Assembly (NCBI GenBank): GCA_951406725.2
Contig: OX597825.1
Coordinates: 61,380,001 to 61,444,000 of the forward strand
Source: Octopus vulgaris
Taxonomy: Eukaryota
Length of the DNA: 64,000 nucleotides
Reading direction: 5' to 3'
Shown here: piece after piece, positions 63,672 to 64,000 of the stretch
How positions within the stretch are numbered: position 1 is the first letter of the stretch
Layout: each line of letters begins with the position of its first letter
Translations under genes and position numbers: made by a program
Notes under the pieces: generated by a model
The model's database searches: none
Seen by the model: only the letters and a program-made list of their open reading frames with translations
Told to the model about the DNA's origin: nothing

Positions 63672-63781
63672 TATGATGAATCTTTATTAGAAATCATTCT
63701 TTCTCTCTTTTTGGACCTCTCAAAAAGTTTGAATTGTTCTTTTTTGAACTTATTTTTTCCCTGTATATATGTATGCATGTG

Positions 63782-63821
<40 letters not shown>

Positions 63822-63822
<1 letters not shown>

Positions 63823-63980
63823 TAGGCCTTTTTCAGTTTCTGTCTACCAAATCCACTCACAAGGTTTTGGTCAGCTTTGAGCTGTTGTAAAAACACTTGC
63901 CCAAGGTGTTATGTAGTGGGACTGAACCTGGAACCATGTGGTTGGGAAGCAGACTGTTTACCACACAGACATACATGCCC
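63822..63980 (-). mobile_element. SINE family A head
   Basis: Reverse-complement match to 13460-13615. Confidence 0.8.
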
Positions 63981-64000
63981 CTACATATGTTCATATTTCT

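Overview
This is AT-rich, microsatellite-saturated eukaryotic genomic DNA. The SINE and LINE families look like those I recall from Octopus (coleoid cephalopod), which is an inference and not a database match. I found no intact protein-coding gene. Nearly all listed ORFs are microsatellite read-throughs or decayed transposon fragments: RTE, BovB-like and CR1 LINEs, a Tc1 transposase, a Penelope-like GIY-YIG endonuclease, non-autonomous Helitrons, a MITE and several tRNA-derived SINE families. The signal the ORF track misses is a dense set of type I hammerhead ribozyme (HHR) motifs, about 15 copies from roughly 7-8 sequence families. Most have palindromic stem III and sit in Penelope-like-element (PLE)-derived fold-back (inverted) elements. 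Three cases stand out: (1) a perfect 132-bp palindrome at 24374-24505 holding two intact back-to-back HHRs that overlap in stem I; (2) a four-copy, TSD-flanked fold-back family that joins a tRNA-like Pol III head, an (AAT)n tract and a minimal HHR; (3) a chimera of an HHR-bearing head and an RTE 3' tail. A few candidate plus-strand host exons are reported at low confidence. All coordinates were read by eye and may be off by a few bases.
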